From: an uncultured Gammaproteobacteria bacterium
Lineage (GTDB): Bacteria; Pseudomonadota; Gammaproteobacteria; UBA9214
NCBI GenBank assembly: GCA_963748215.1
Contig: CAVVHS010000007.1
Span: 433,693 to 497,692 of the forward strand
Direction: 5' to 3'
Length of the DNA: 64,000 bases
Position 1 is the stretch's first letter; each line of letters begins with the position of its first letter. The notes under the pieces are model-generated. The model did no database searches. It saw only the letters and a program-made list of their open reading frames with translations, and was not told the origin of the DNA. Below are positions 53,346-62,646 of this stretch, in pieces. A program made the translations under genes and the position numbers.

Positions 53346-55436
53346 ATGCATGAAATAAATCGCCAGAACAGGCGGCGCCAGCGCCTGCTGCCCTGGCGTG
53401 CCGGAATACTGCTGGTCATGCTGGCATGTGCGGGCTGCGCAAGCGTCACGCCGTTACCCTCCGAACCGGCCGGGACGACACGGCCTGCGGACACCGCACG
53501 TGACGGCAGCGAGCCCGTCCCGCGTATCGAGCAGGCCGTTCTGACCCCCCCGCTGCTGTCGCTCGCGTATCGCGTCAACGGTGCGCTGCGGCATGCGTCG
53601 GTATCGGTCGAACCGCTGCCGGACGGGCCGTTTGGCAAAGACGCAAAACGTCTGCCGGCCAGGGTGATGAGTCCCGCCGCGGCAACGGCAGGCGAGGGCC
53701 GGCAGGTGGCTGCCGTGCCGGTTACGGTGCACGATCAGGAAGCATGGCTGGCGTTGCTGAATGCCGCCCTGGCCGTGCTGACACCTGACACGGCGGCATA
53801 CGGTGCCGCTGTGGACATTCTCAAACAGGACGAACTGTTCCTGTACCGCGGCGGCGATGGCGAGCTCGTGTCCGTGCCCATGATCTACAAGCCTGCCGGG
53901 ATCGAGATGCAGCACACCTACAGCTTCGATGACCTGCTGCAGGTGATCCTGCGCCAGTTGTCGGGCGCACAGCAGCCCGCCGACAGGCAGCTGTACGAAA
54001 CGGGTGAAGACAGCGAGTACGGCTATCCTTTCGTCTATGTCGATATTGGCGCGGACCTGATCCTGTTCCTGCAGGACCCGCTGGCGGACCCGGCGCTGGC
54101 ACAGGCGGTGCCGGCGGCGGGACCGCTGAAAATCCTGTTCCACACCGTTTTCGATCATGTCCGCGGCGCGTTCAGTCAGCCCGTCTCTTCGGTCATGCGG
54201 CTGTTTACCCTGGCCGGCGGGGTGACGGTGGATATCGCCCGTCCCGCGCCGCTCGGCATGCTGGCCGAACGGCCACTCCCGCCGCTCAGCGCGGGCGAGG
54301 GCATGGACCTGGCGGAATGGGAGGCACAGCTGGACACGCTGACCGGCAGCACCGCCTCCGCGGGGCGCGTGGGTTACCTTGTCGACGGGGCGGCGTTTTT
54401 TCCGCGCCTGATCGACCGCATCGGCACGGCACGTGAATCGGTCTGGCTGCGGGTCTATATCTTCGACAACGATGACTATGCCACCGGTATCGCCGACCTG
54501 CTCAGGCGCCGCGCGCAGGACATCGAGGTCAAGGTGCTGGTGGATGGCCTGGGTACGCTGGGTGCGGGGATGGCCAGCTCGCCCTCGCTGCCGCGCGGGC
54601 ATGTCCCGGAGCCTTCCATCATGCGCTACCTGGAGCAGGATTCGCGGGTGAAGGCGCGGTCGGTCGCCAATGTCTGGCTGGCCGGCGATCACACCAAGAC
54701 CATCGTGATCGACAGGGAGACCGCCTTTCTCGGCGGCATGAACATCGGCCGCGAGTACCGCTATGACTGGCACGACCTGATGGTCGAGGTGAGTGGGCCG
54801 GTGGTCGGCGACATCCGTGCGAGTTTTGAACGTGCCTGGGACGATGCCGGCTGGTTCGGTGACCTGCGCCGCTTCTTCGCCCGCGACCGGGCGCCGGCGG
54901 TCCCGGCCGGCGAGGACGATTACCCGGTGCGCCTGCTGTTCACGCGTCCCGCGGATGCGCAGATCCTGCGCGCGCAGATCGCGGCGACCCGCCGGGCACG
55001 GCATCATATCTACCTGGAAAATCCGTACCTCACCAGCGATGAAATGATCTACGAGCTGGTCAAGGCGCGCCGGCGCGGTGTCGATGTGCGGGTGATCCTG
55101 CCGTACCGCACCGACAGCGGACTCATCACCCGCAGCAACGCGCTGGCCGCCAACACCATGCTGCTGCACGGCATCCGCGTTTACATCTATCCGGGCATGT
55201 CGCACCTGAAGGCGGCGGTGTATGACGGCTGGGCCTGCCTGGGCTCGGCAAACCTCGATCGCCTGAGCCTGCGTACCAACCGCGAAATGAACCTGGCCAC
55301 GTCCCATGGACCGGCCGTCGACGACCTGATGAAACAGGTGTTCGAGGTGGATATGGGACACGCGGTGGAACTGCAGGAACCGCTGCCGGCCAACTGGTCG
55401 GATTTCCTGGCCGAGATGCTGGCGGATTATCTCTGA
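53346..55436 (+). CDS. Phospholipase D / cardiolipin synthase-like lipoprotein with a long N-terminal domain
   Basis: Two HKD motifs (HTKTIVID...GGMNI and HLKAAVYD...GSANLD), WHD, ENPY, and a lipobox-like CAGC after an Arg-rich leader. Confidence 0.88.
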   Translation: MHEINRQNRRRQRLLPWRAGILLVMLACAGCASVTPLPSEPAGTTRPADTARDGSEPVPRIEQAVLTPPLLSLAYRVNGALRHASVSVEPLPDGPFGKDAKRLPARVMSPAAATAGEGRQVAAVPVTVHDQEAWLALLNAALAVLTPDTAAYGAAVDILKQDELFLYRGGDGELVSVPMIYKPAGIEMQHTYSFDDLLQVILRQLSGAQQPADRQLYETGEDSEYGYPFVYVDIGADLILFLQDPLADPALAQAVPAAGPLKILFHTVFDHVRGAFSQPVSSVMRLFTLAGGVTVDIARPAPLGMLAERPLPPLSAGEGMDLAEWEAQLDTLTGSTASAGRVGYLVDGAAFFPRLIDRIGTARESVWLRVYIFDNDDYATGIADLLRRRAQDIEVKVLVDGLGTLGAGMASSPSLPRGHVPEPSIMRYLEQDSRVKARSVANVWLAGDHTKTIVIDRETAFLGGMNIGREYRYDWHDLMVEVSGPVVGDIRASFERAWDDAGWFGDLRRFFARDRAPAVPAGEDDYPVRLLFTRPADAQILRAQIAATRRARHHIYLENPYLTSDEMIYELVKARRRGVDVRVILPYRTDSGLITRSNALAANTMLLHGIRVYIYPGMSHLKAAVYDGWACLGSANLDRLSLRTNREMNLATSHGPAVDDLMKQVFEVDMGHAVELQEPLPANWSDFLAEMLADYL

Positions 55437-55468
55437 TGGCGATGCGCGTGCAGGGTGCATTGCCGAAC

Positions 55469-55853
55469 GGTGAGGCGTGAGGCGTTAGACGTGAAAGGTG
55501 AAACGTGAACCGGAGAATGGCCACGGAATCCACGGAAGAACACGGAAAAAAAACACCCTAACCGTAGGGTGCACTCCGTGCACCATTGCCGGTGCATGGA
55601 ACGCACGCCATCCACACGGTGAGACGTGATATGTGAGACGTGAAAAGGAGAATGGCCACGGAAGCACACGGAAAAAAACACCACCCTAACCGTAGGGTGC
55701 ACTCTGTGCACCATTGCCGGTGCGTGGAACGCACCCTACATTCGAATGGTGAGACGTGAGACATCAGACGTCAAAAGGAGAATGGCCATGGAATCCACGG
55801 CAGTACAAGGGAAAAACAACGGCACAATAACCGTAGGGTGCACTGTGTGCACC
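55469..55853. repeat. Three tandem ~130-bp composite units, each with GTGAGAC heptamers, CCACGGAA repeats and a GTAG-REP hairpin
   Basis: GTAGGGTGCAC-NNN-GTGCACC at 55564, 55692 and 55833. Inverted partner GGTGCGTGGAACGCACCCTAC at 55719-55739. GGAGAATGGCCA in all three units. Confidence 0.85.
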
Positions 55854-55948
55854 GTTTCCTGTGTGTGTAACTCACTCTGCGACTTGATTACAGCGCCACA
55901 GAATGCAAGCATTGCCGGCCATCAGACAAATCAACCGGGACGGAATAG

Positions 55949-56368
55949 ATGAGCGGTCACTACGAAACACCCCAGGACGCGGAAGACGCGTTTTACGATG
56001 CACTGGAGGAAGGCAGCCTGGACGGGCTGCTGGCGGTGTGGTCTGACGCCAACGACATCAGCTGCCTGTTGCCCATGTATCCCCTGATCCGCGGACGCGA
56101 GGATGTCGAGGACGTCTTCAAACACCTGTTCTCACAGGGTAAGGGCGTCGCCCTGAGCGTCACGCACCTGGACTGGATCGAATGCGGCGATATCGCCATC
56201 CATCATGTCGAGGAAACCCTGTCGCAGGTGCCGCCCGGCCAGCCGGCGCCACCGCCGTTCTACGGTACCAATATCTACCGGAAACAGGCGGATGGCTGGC
56301 GCCTGCTTACGCACCTCAATGCGCCGACGCCGCAGCCGCAGGGACAGGGCTGGCTGATGCGGCGGTAA
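55949..56368 (+). CDS. NTF2/SnoaL-like protein
   Basis: TPQDAEDAFYDALE, VWSD, TNIYRK..GWRLLTHL. Confidence 0.8.
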   Translation: MSGHYETPQDAEDAFYDALEEGSLDGLLAVWSDANDISCLLPMYPLIRGREDVEDVFKHLFSQGKGVALSVTHLDWIECGDIAIHHVEETLSQVPPGQPAPPPFYGTNIYRKQADGWRLLTHLNAPTPQPQGQGWLMRR

Positions 56369-56574
56369 ACCGGCGCGCCGAAGCGGGTCCCGGGATCGTC
56401 AAAGACTTCATGTGCCTGGCTGACACCGCGCAGCCGCAGCCTGCGTGGTGTGCACGGTGCGTGTCCTGATGACGCCTGCGCAGCCCATATCGCGCAGTTC
56501 CCGGCCGGGCCAGCGCAAGGCATTGATTCCTATGCGCCACATGATTTATTTTTTTGCTATCTGGCGCGCCCTGC

Positions 56575-56915
56575 AATTCAGGCGATCAAATAGCCGACAT
56601 TTATCAACAACGCTGGCAGGTTGAATTATTCTTCAAGTGGATTAAGCAGAACTTGAAGATCAAGGCTTTCCTGGGCATCAGCCAGAATGCTGTTATGACA
56701 CAGGTGCTGGTAGCACTTTGCCTGTATCTGCTGCTGGCCTATTTGAATTTCCAGTCCAGGATCAGCAAGAGCCTTCTGCAGATACTGCGATTATTGCAGA
56801 CCAACCTGTTTATCAGACGACCGCTGCTGGAGTTATTGCAACCGATACAGCCGCAACCACCGCCCCAGCCGCAATTGCGCCTGGGATTGGTCCGTAATTA
56901 AGTGGGACAGCAGTG
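56575..56915 (+). mobile_element. IS4-family 3' remnant (transposase C-terminus plus probable right end)
   Basis: IADIYQQRWQVELFFKWIKQNL is the IS4 Y-R-E-K motif. Lower GC than the flanks. Ends with TAA-GTGGGACAGCAGTG. The 5' part is missing. Confidence 0.85.
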
Positions 56916-57060
56916 ATCCGGCCCCATTTTGGAAAGTTTCAGCACGCCGAGGCCGTACATTTACCCTGCCTGGCTAATACTGTAGGATTTCAGCGAGTTT
57001 CTGCTATCCGTGCAGGGCACGTACCGGGCCCGGCTTCAACCCGTGGGAAAATGAATTGGC

Positions 57061-58347
57061 ATGATAAAGACTGGTGGTATTTCAATTGTTTTCATTGCGA
57101 CAGCGGCACTGACATCGGCAGCCGTTATGGCAGCTGATGCTGAACGGGCCGCTGTGGAGGATGCCTGGGCACTGGTAGAGGAACCAGCAGACGGCTACCA
57201 CGCCGGTTCTTTTCTGTGGCAACCCGAGCTGGCCGTGTCCGGAGTCTATGATAGCAATATCTTTGCGACCCGGACGGATGAAGTGGATGATTTCATCCTG
57301 GTGTTTTCACCTGATCTGAGCATCAAGTCAGAATGGGAGCGGCACAAGCTGGATCTCGACCTGGGCGGGGCATTTGGCCGCTATCTCAGCCAGCATGATG
57401 AGGACTATGACGACTACTGGGCCAACCTGGACGGGCGCTATGACTATACCGACAGCAGCAATGTGTTCGGTGGCCTGGGATACTCCCACGAGCATGAAGA
57501 CCGCGGTTCCCCGGAGGACAGCCAGTCCGGTAGTGAACCTACCACCTTCGATTCCAGTCGTGTGCACGCGGGGGTAAGCCAGGGCCTGGGCAAGGCGACC
57601 CTGCGGATGGGGGGCACCTTCGAGCAGCTGGATTTTGCTGATACCGGTTTGCTCTCCAACCAGGACCGCGACCGCGATCTGATCGGTGCCGGGCTGCGCC
57701 TGAGTGTTGCCCTGCATCCCCAGTATACGGTGTTCGGGCAGGGTGTATGGGACAGGCGTGAATACGACGAAAGCGCCGATGACAACGGATTTCAGCGGGA
57801 TTCCGACGGTTACCGGGCCGATGCCGGTGTGCAGGCGACCATCACCAACCGGCTGAAGGGCGAGGCGTATCTGGGTTATTTGCGGCAGGATTACGATGAT
57901 CCGCGCTTTTCCAGTGTCAGTGCAGTCGATTTTGGCGGCAGCCTGAACTGGCGTGCCTCGCCGCGTACGACCCTGTCGGCCGAGCTGGACCGCAGTCTGG
58001 AGGAAACCACGCTGGCGGGTTCTTCCGGCTACCTGTATACCTCGCTCACTGGCACGGTGCGGCATAAATTTTCACCACGCATGAACATCAATGCCGGTCT
58101 CTCCGTTGCCGAAGCAGACTACCAGGTGGTGGACCGCAATGACGACTATTACACGGCCCAGCTCGGGATGCGTTACTACATCACGCCCGGCTATTACCTG
58201 GGTACTGAATACCGGGCACTCATACGCAATTCCGATCCGCAGGAAGTCAATGATTACACGCGCCACCAGTTTTTTCTCACCCTGGGGACCTTGCTGTACC
58301 CGGTGAAGCCGAGTGCCTACTGGAACATGTCCTCGGCTGAAAATTGA
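57061..58347 (+). CDS. Outer-membrane beta-barrel protein (BBP2/EpsL-like); C-terminus probably truncated
   Basis: Signal peptide, YDSNIF, alternating amphipathic strands, YLGYLRQDYDDP, LNWRASPRTTL. Lacks a terminal aromatic residue. Confidence 0.8.
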   Translation: MIKTGGISIVFIATAALTSAAVMAADAERAAVEDAWALVEEPADGYHAGSFLWQPELAVSGVYDSNIFATRTDEVDDFILVFSPDLSIKSEWERHKLDLDLGGAFGRYLSQHDEDYDDYWANLDGRYDYTDSSNVFGGLGYSHEHEDRGSPEDSQSGSEPTTFDSSRVHAGVSQGLGKATLRMGGTFEQLDFADTGLLSNQDRDRDLIGAGLRLSVALHPQYTVFGQGVWDRREYDESADDNGFQRDSDGYRADAGVQATITNRLKGEAYLGYLRQDYDDPRFSSVSAVDFGGSLNWRASPRTTLSAELDRSLEETTLAGSSGYLYTSLTGTVRHKFSPRMNINAGLSVAEADYQVVDRNDDYYTAQLGMRYYITPGYYLGTEYRALIRNSDPQEVNDYTRHQFFLTLGTLLYPVKPSAYWNMSSAEN

Positions 58348-58606
58348 TCCCTGCGACGACACAGTGGCCGGGCTCCTGTGCCGGCTATGAGGTTACCCTG
58401 AATCGCTGGTATGCCGCGCTGGAGGGCGAGTACGAGAACAGTCGCGCCAGCATCTACTTATCAAGAGCAAAGCCAAGCCCAGCGCCGCACCCTCGAGCTG
58501 GCCAGGAATGCCCCTGGGGCTGGGATTCTGGGTAGCGGGGTGGGCAAGGCTGCGAAGCAGGAATTTGTCAGGAAAAATCAGAATATTTTTCACATAAGGC
58601 GTTATT

Positions 58607-58620
58607 TTGAGATGTATCAA
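58607..58620. promoter_or_regulatory. FNR/CRP-family site, class II position
   Basis: TTGAG-ATGT-ATCAA (one mismatch), with -10-like TAGTGT at 58643-58648 in an AT-rich leader. Confidence 0.6.
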
Positions 58621-58722
58621 TGACGCAATCGATTTCATCGTTTAGTGTATTAGTTACTCAATAAAGTAATTGATACTTATATTGACTTACAAACAAGTAA
58701 TTGAGGAAGGAAGAAGCTAATT

Positions 58723-59889
58723 ATGAAAACACACAGAATTTCAACGAAAAAGACCCTGATCGCGAGTGCCGTCGCAGTGAGCCTGCTGGCAGCACCGTTG
58801 TTTGTGACAGGCACCTTCACCGCGGGTGTGGCCCAGGCCGGTGTCATCTCCGATGCCAATGCCGCGCCAGATAGCGGTCAGGGCCAGAAGGGTGCCGGTG
58901 CCGGTGGCGGCCAGGGGCAGCAAGGTGCTGGCGGTGCGGGTGGTCAAGCCGGCCAGGGTGGCAAGAAGGGCATTGACAAGGTGCTCGAAGGAGACGACGA
59001 CTCCGACCGTCCGGCATGGGCTGGCGGCAACACGGCAGAGAACCCGCACTCCGGTGGCGGTGGCGGCAAACCCGACAGTGCCGGCACCATGAAGGGCGAC
59101 GACTACGGTGACCTGATTGTGCTGATGCGTGACCCGATCACCGGCGAGCCGCTAACCGATGCCAATGGCGAGTTGCTGATCTGTCTCGATGTGGCCTGCA
59201 CCAGTACTGTCCCGACGGTCGATGGCGAGATACCGGCCGGTGTGACCCCGATCGAGGTCGACTTCGGTCGTGCCGCCGTGGCCCGTTCACCGGACAAGGT
59301 GACCGACAAGGCGCTGACCGATGCGCTTGCCAAGCTGACGGCGGATGGTGTTGTATTATCCACAGATGAGGCTGGACGCATCACCTACACGGTGGACGGC
59401 GTTACCAGCACCATCGACTCCCCGCTGGAGAACCTGGCATTGTATGTCGACCTGCTGGAAGGTCTCACCTCTACCAGCACGTCGCCGACGGAGGCTGCAC
59501 TGGATAGCCTGGCGACTCTGGATACCGCGGCTTCCCTGCTGGCAGGCGTTGCCGACAAGACGGGTGACATTTCCGTTGACTACGTTGTCTACAATAATGT
59601 CATCAGCGACGTCGTCGACTCGGGTGACTACTACAACTACAGCACCTTCACCTACAACAGGTCGTATCCCACGGACTACCTGTATAGCTACTCGCTGGAC
59701 GGGAATGTTACCGTGTTGTCTGCCACCCTGGACATCAATGCGTACCTGGATGCAGTCAACGGGGATCTGCCAGATGACGGCGGCGTCACCGCGTTCGCGG
59801 CAGCAGCGGACGATGCCCTGGAGGTGATCGAGCTGATCCACACCCAGATCCATGATTCGATCCTGCCGGGTACGGTAGTAGCACCCTAA
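58723..59889 (+). CDS. Exported Gly-rich, acidic hypothetical protein (DSPLENLALY paralog 1)
   Basis: Long signal peptide, Gly/Gln linker, DDDSDRPAWA, DFGRAAVARSP, IDSPLENLALY, ADKT. Confidence 0.8.
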   Translation: MKTHRISTKKTLIASAVAVSLLAAPLFVTGTFTAGVAQAGVISDANAAPDSGQGQKGAGAGGGQGQQGAGGAGGQAGQGGKKGIDKVLEGDDDSDRPAWAGGNTAENPHSGGGGGKPDSAGTMKGDDYGDLIVLMRDPITGEPLTDANGELLICLDVACTSTVPTVDGEIPAGVTPIEVDFGRAAVARSPDKVTDKALTDALAKLTADGVVLSTDEAGRITYTVDGVTSTIDSPLENLALYVDLLEGLTSTSTSPTEAALDSLATLDTAASLLAGVADKTGDISVDYVVYNNVISDVVDSGDYYNYSTFTYNRSYPTDYLYSYSLDGNVTVLSATLDINAYLDAVNGDLPDDGGVTAFAAAADDALEVIELIHTQIHDSILPGTVVAP

Positions 59890-59931
59890 AGGGGCATCCT
59901 GTGGCAGTTGGCGCAGGAAGCTAGAAACCAG

Positions 59932-59961
59932 TGCGGGCGCCGGAAGGCGCCCGCATTGTTT
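59932..59961 (+). terminator. Intrinsic terminator or stabilising hairpin between the two paralogs
   Basis: TGCGGGCGCC-GGAA-GGCGCCCGCA-TTGTTT, a 10-bp perfect stem with a GNRA loop. Confidence 0.7.
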
Positions 59962-59980
59962 ACAGCATGAGGACATCATT

Positions 59981-60856
59981 ATGAACAGAGATACAAGGCC
60001 CAGGGCAGGATCGCGCTTTTTGCCGTCGTTCGTGATTGCCCTGGTATTGGGCACGGCAGGTCCGGGTGGATTGGATGAGGCCGGTTTCAGCTGGTGGACA
60101 TCGGCCCACGCACAGGATTCAGGCCACAGCGGCGGCCACGCGGGCGGCGGTGGTGGCGGCCACTCGGGCGGTGGTGGTGGCGGCCACTCGGGCGGTGGTG
60201 GCGGTCATGACAGTGGACATGACGACGATGGCGACCATGGGGATGGTCATACGCCTGGCCCCAAGGGTTATGGCAGTCACGGTACCCACCGCGGCGGCCA
60301 CGGCCATGATGTGGCACGGGGCGGTGGCAAGGCGGTTGAATTCCGGGTGCTGCGTGGTCAGCGTCCGGTGTGGGCACAGGAAGGGATCCCCGAAGTGGAG
60401 CTGGGTCGTCTGAATGTGTCCCGCGCACCCACCCGGGTGCTGGTGCGTGCGGAAGGCGAGGCGCTGGCAACCTACAATGAAGCGATGGCCGAGCTGTACA
60501 GTCTGGATGCCGATCAGGCCGCGGCATTGCTCAGGTCCAGTTTCTACGATGTGACCCGGTATGATTCACCCTTACAGAATCTTGCACTGTACAAGGACGT
60601 GATGACCTTTGGTGACACCCGGCTCAGGGCAATCGATCCCAACATGGCGCCGGCCAGCCAGCTTGACCTTGCCGCGATCTTTCTGGGTTCGGCCTCTGAC
60701 AAGACCATCCCCATCAGCGAGGATACGGTCATTGCCCTGAACCGTATCCTTGGGCTTGTGGAGCTGGGTTCGGAAGACCGCAGCACGCTGGCCACCAAGG
60801 CTGAGACCGTCCGCGCGGCCATCCTCTCAGGTCACGGACCGACAGAAGATCACTGA
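59981..60856 (+). CDS. Exported Gly/His-rich hypothetical protein (DSPLQNLALY paralog 2)
   Basis: Leader ending AHA, GGHSGGGG repeats and a His/Asp tract, RPVWA, ELGRLNVSRAP, YDSPLQNLALY, SDKT. Confidence 0.8.
   Translation: MNRDTRPRAGSRFLPSFVIALVLGTAGPGGLDEAGFSWWTSAHAQDSGHSGGHAGGGGGGHSGGGGGGHSGGGGGHDSGHDDDGDHGDGHTPGPKGYGSHGTHRGGHGHDVARGGGKAVEFRVLRGQRPVWAQEGIPEVELGRLNVSRAPTRVLVRAEGEALATYNEAMAELYSLDADQAAALLRSSFYDVTRYDSPLQNLALYKDVMTFGDTRLRAIDPNMAPASQLDLAAIFLGSASDKTIPISEDTVIALNRILGLVELGSEDRSTLATKAETVRAAILSGHGPTEDH
60134..60208 (+). repeat. Coding 24-bp tandem repeat encoding GHSGGGGG
   Basis: About three copies of a GGCCACTCGGGCGGTGGTGGYGGC-like unit. Confidence 0.7.
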
Positions 60857-61337
60857 CCTTGTCCATGCGCCTGGCTGTACGGGTGTCTGGCGTGCCATGT
60901 GTTTGCGACGGGGACAAATCATGATGCTGTCTTCGCAGCCGGTGAGTCATCCCGTTAACGCGACCTTGACAGGCGGATGTTTCGCCTGGAAGGTCCGCGC
61001 TGGGGTTGTAACGTCGTTCAAGGTCCCGGCCTGACGTCGACGCGACTCCACCCGGACACCGTGACCGTGTTGGCCGCAGGACAGGCACATGCGGCTGAAC
61101 CGGAAGCGTAAGCGCCCGGGTTGAATGTCGCTGCCTCGACCCGGGCAGGTGTCGAGGTGTTGCCGAGGCCGGATAACAGGCACTGTCATCGGCGTGTGCA
61201 TGTGCGGAACCTGTGCGTGTGGCCAGATTGAAACGGGTCGTATTGAACAGAGTTGTGATCTAGTATGTCTTGCCAGATGCGTCGAGGTATAACTCGGCTT
61301 GTTGTGCCGGGTTAAAACGAGTAACCGGAGACCCGCC

Positions 61338-62075
61338 ATGAACGACCTGAAATCCTATCCCGCCTGGGACGCCACCGTCCGCTGGTTTCACTGGATCAAC
61401 CTGCTGTGCATGATCGGACTGATCGCCGTGGGCCTGGTTATCATGAATGACAAGGCACTGGGCGTGACCAACGACGGCAAGATCCTGTTGAAGACCGTGC
61501 ATGTCTGGATCGGCTATGTGTTTGCGCTGAACCTGGCGTGGCGTCTGGTCTGGGCCTTTATCGGCGGGCCGCATGCACGCTGGCGGGCGATTCTGCCCGG
61601 TGGCCCCGGTTACCTGGACAGGGTGCGGGCCTACCGGGCCGGTTTCAGCGCCGGGCGGCCGCTGCAGTACATCGGGCACAACCCGCTCGGACGCATCGCG
61701 GTCACCCTGCTGCTGTTACTGCTGGTGGTGCAGGCGGTCACCGGGCTGGTACTGGCCGGTACGGATATTTTCTATCCGCCCCTCGGGTCCTGGATCGCGG
61801 GCTGGATCGCCGCCCCGGGTGTCGATCCGGCTACGCTCATGCCCTATGCGAAGGAGACCTACGACGCGGCCGCCTACGAGGCCATGCGCGCCTTTCGCGG
61901 GCCCTTCATCGAAATTCACGAGAACGGGTTTTTCGTGTTGCTCGGCCTCGGGGTGATCCATATCCTGGCCGTCGTTATCACCGAGCTGCGCGGCGGCGGC
62001 AACCTGGTATCCGCCATGATCACGGGACGGAAAATACTGAGCGGGCCACCGGAGGACCAGGCGCAGGATCGGTAG
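61338..62075 (+). CDS. Cytochrome b (Ni/Fe-hydrogenase b-type cytochrome family)
   Basis: WDATVRWFHW, VHVWIGY, GHNPLG, EIHE...IHILAV, SAMITGRK. Four His ligands in transmembrane helices. Confidence 0.9.
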   Translation: MNDLKSYPAWDATVRWFHWINLLCMIGLIAVGLVIMNDKALGVTNDGKILLKTVHVWIGYVFALNLAWRLVWAFIGGPHARWRAILPGGPGYLDRVRAYRAGFSAGRPLQYIGHNPLGRIAVTLLLLLLVVQAVTGLVLAGTDIFYPPLGSWIAGWIAAPGVDPATLMPYAKETYDAAAYEAMRAFRGPFIEIHENGFFVLLGLGVIHILAVVITELRGGGNLVSAMITGRKILSGPPEDQAQDR

Positions 62076-62176
62076 ATTATGTAGAGTCGGTGGGCGAGGA
62101 CCTGAACACCATAACGGGGCCGGATACGTTTACCTGGAAGGCGCTTCCCCAAACCGAGTAGGTAGATTACCGTTGT

Positions 62177-62632
62177 AGATACCATCTCCCTCAGTTGCCC
62201 ACAACCAGCCGATCAGGCAAGTTGAGGCGAATAGGGTACCTGGTGTTTCAGCACCCCAAAACAGATCTGCACCAGTTTTCGCATCGCCGCACCAATGGCC
62301 GACTTCTTTGATTTGCCCGCCCTCAAGAGTCGCGCGTACTGGCAGCGGATATCCGGGTTGTGCAGGGTCGCCACGATCGCTGCCATATACAGCTTGCGTC
62401 GGACACGGCCATCCCCGCGCTTGGACAATCTCGGCGGACTATAGACACTGGTGCCCGACTGATGCGCTACCGGTACCACCCCCAGGAAGGCGGCGCACTG
62501 GCTGGCCCGGGTAAACGGGCGGCTGCGGATCACCGCCACCATTTGCTGGGCAATCACCGGGCCCACGCCGGGGATGCTCTCCAGCAACGCCCGGTCTTTC
62601 TTCAGACCCGGATGCTTGTCGATGTGATCATC
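62177..62632 (-). mobile_element. IS110-family (IS621/Piv-like) element, 3' remnant: transposase C-terminus 62632..62213 plus right end
   Basis: LLESIPGVGP, FLGVVPVAHQSGTSV, LSKRGD..VRRKLYM, GKSKKSAIGAAMRKL. Right junction reads ATGGTAT-CT-ACAAC. Confidence 0.9.
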
Positions 62633-62646
62633 AGGTTGGTGATATT

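Noticed and set aside
50668-55460. 887-aa and 668-aa minus-strand ORFs
   Set aside because: Antisense shadows of glgP and the PLD gene.
55469-55853. CRISPR array
   Set aside because: The whole ~130-bp unit repeats, there are no unique spacers, the period is too long, and no cas genes are present.
61338-62075. Cytochrome b as part of the Hox hydrogenase
   Set aside because: Group 3d Hox is soluble and has no cytochrome b. The gene is 27 kb away with no group 1 hydrogenase genes.
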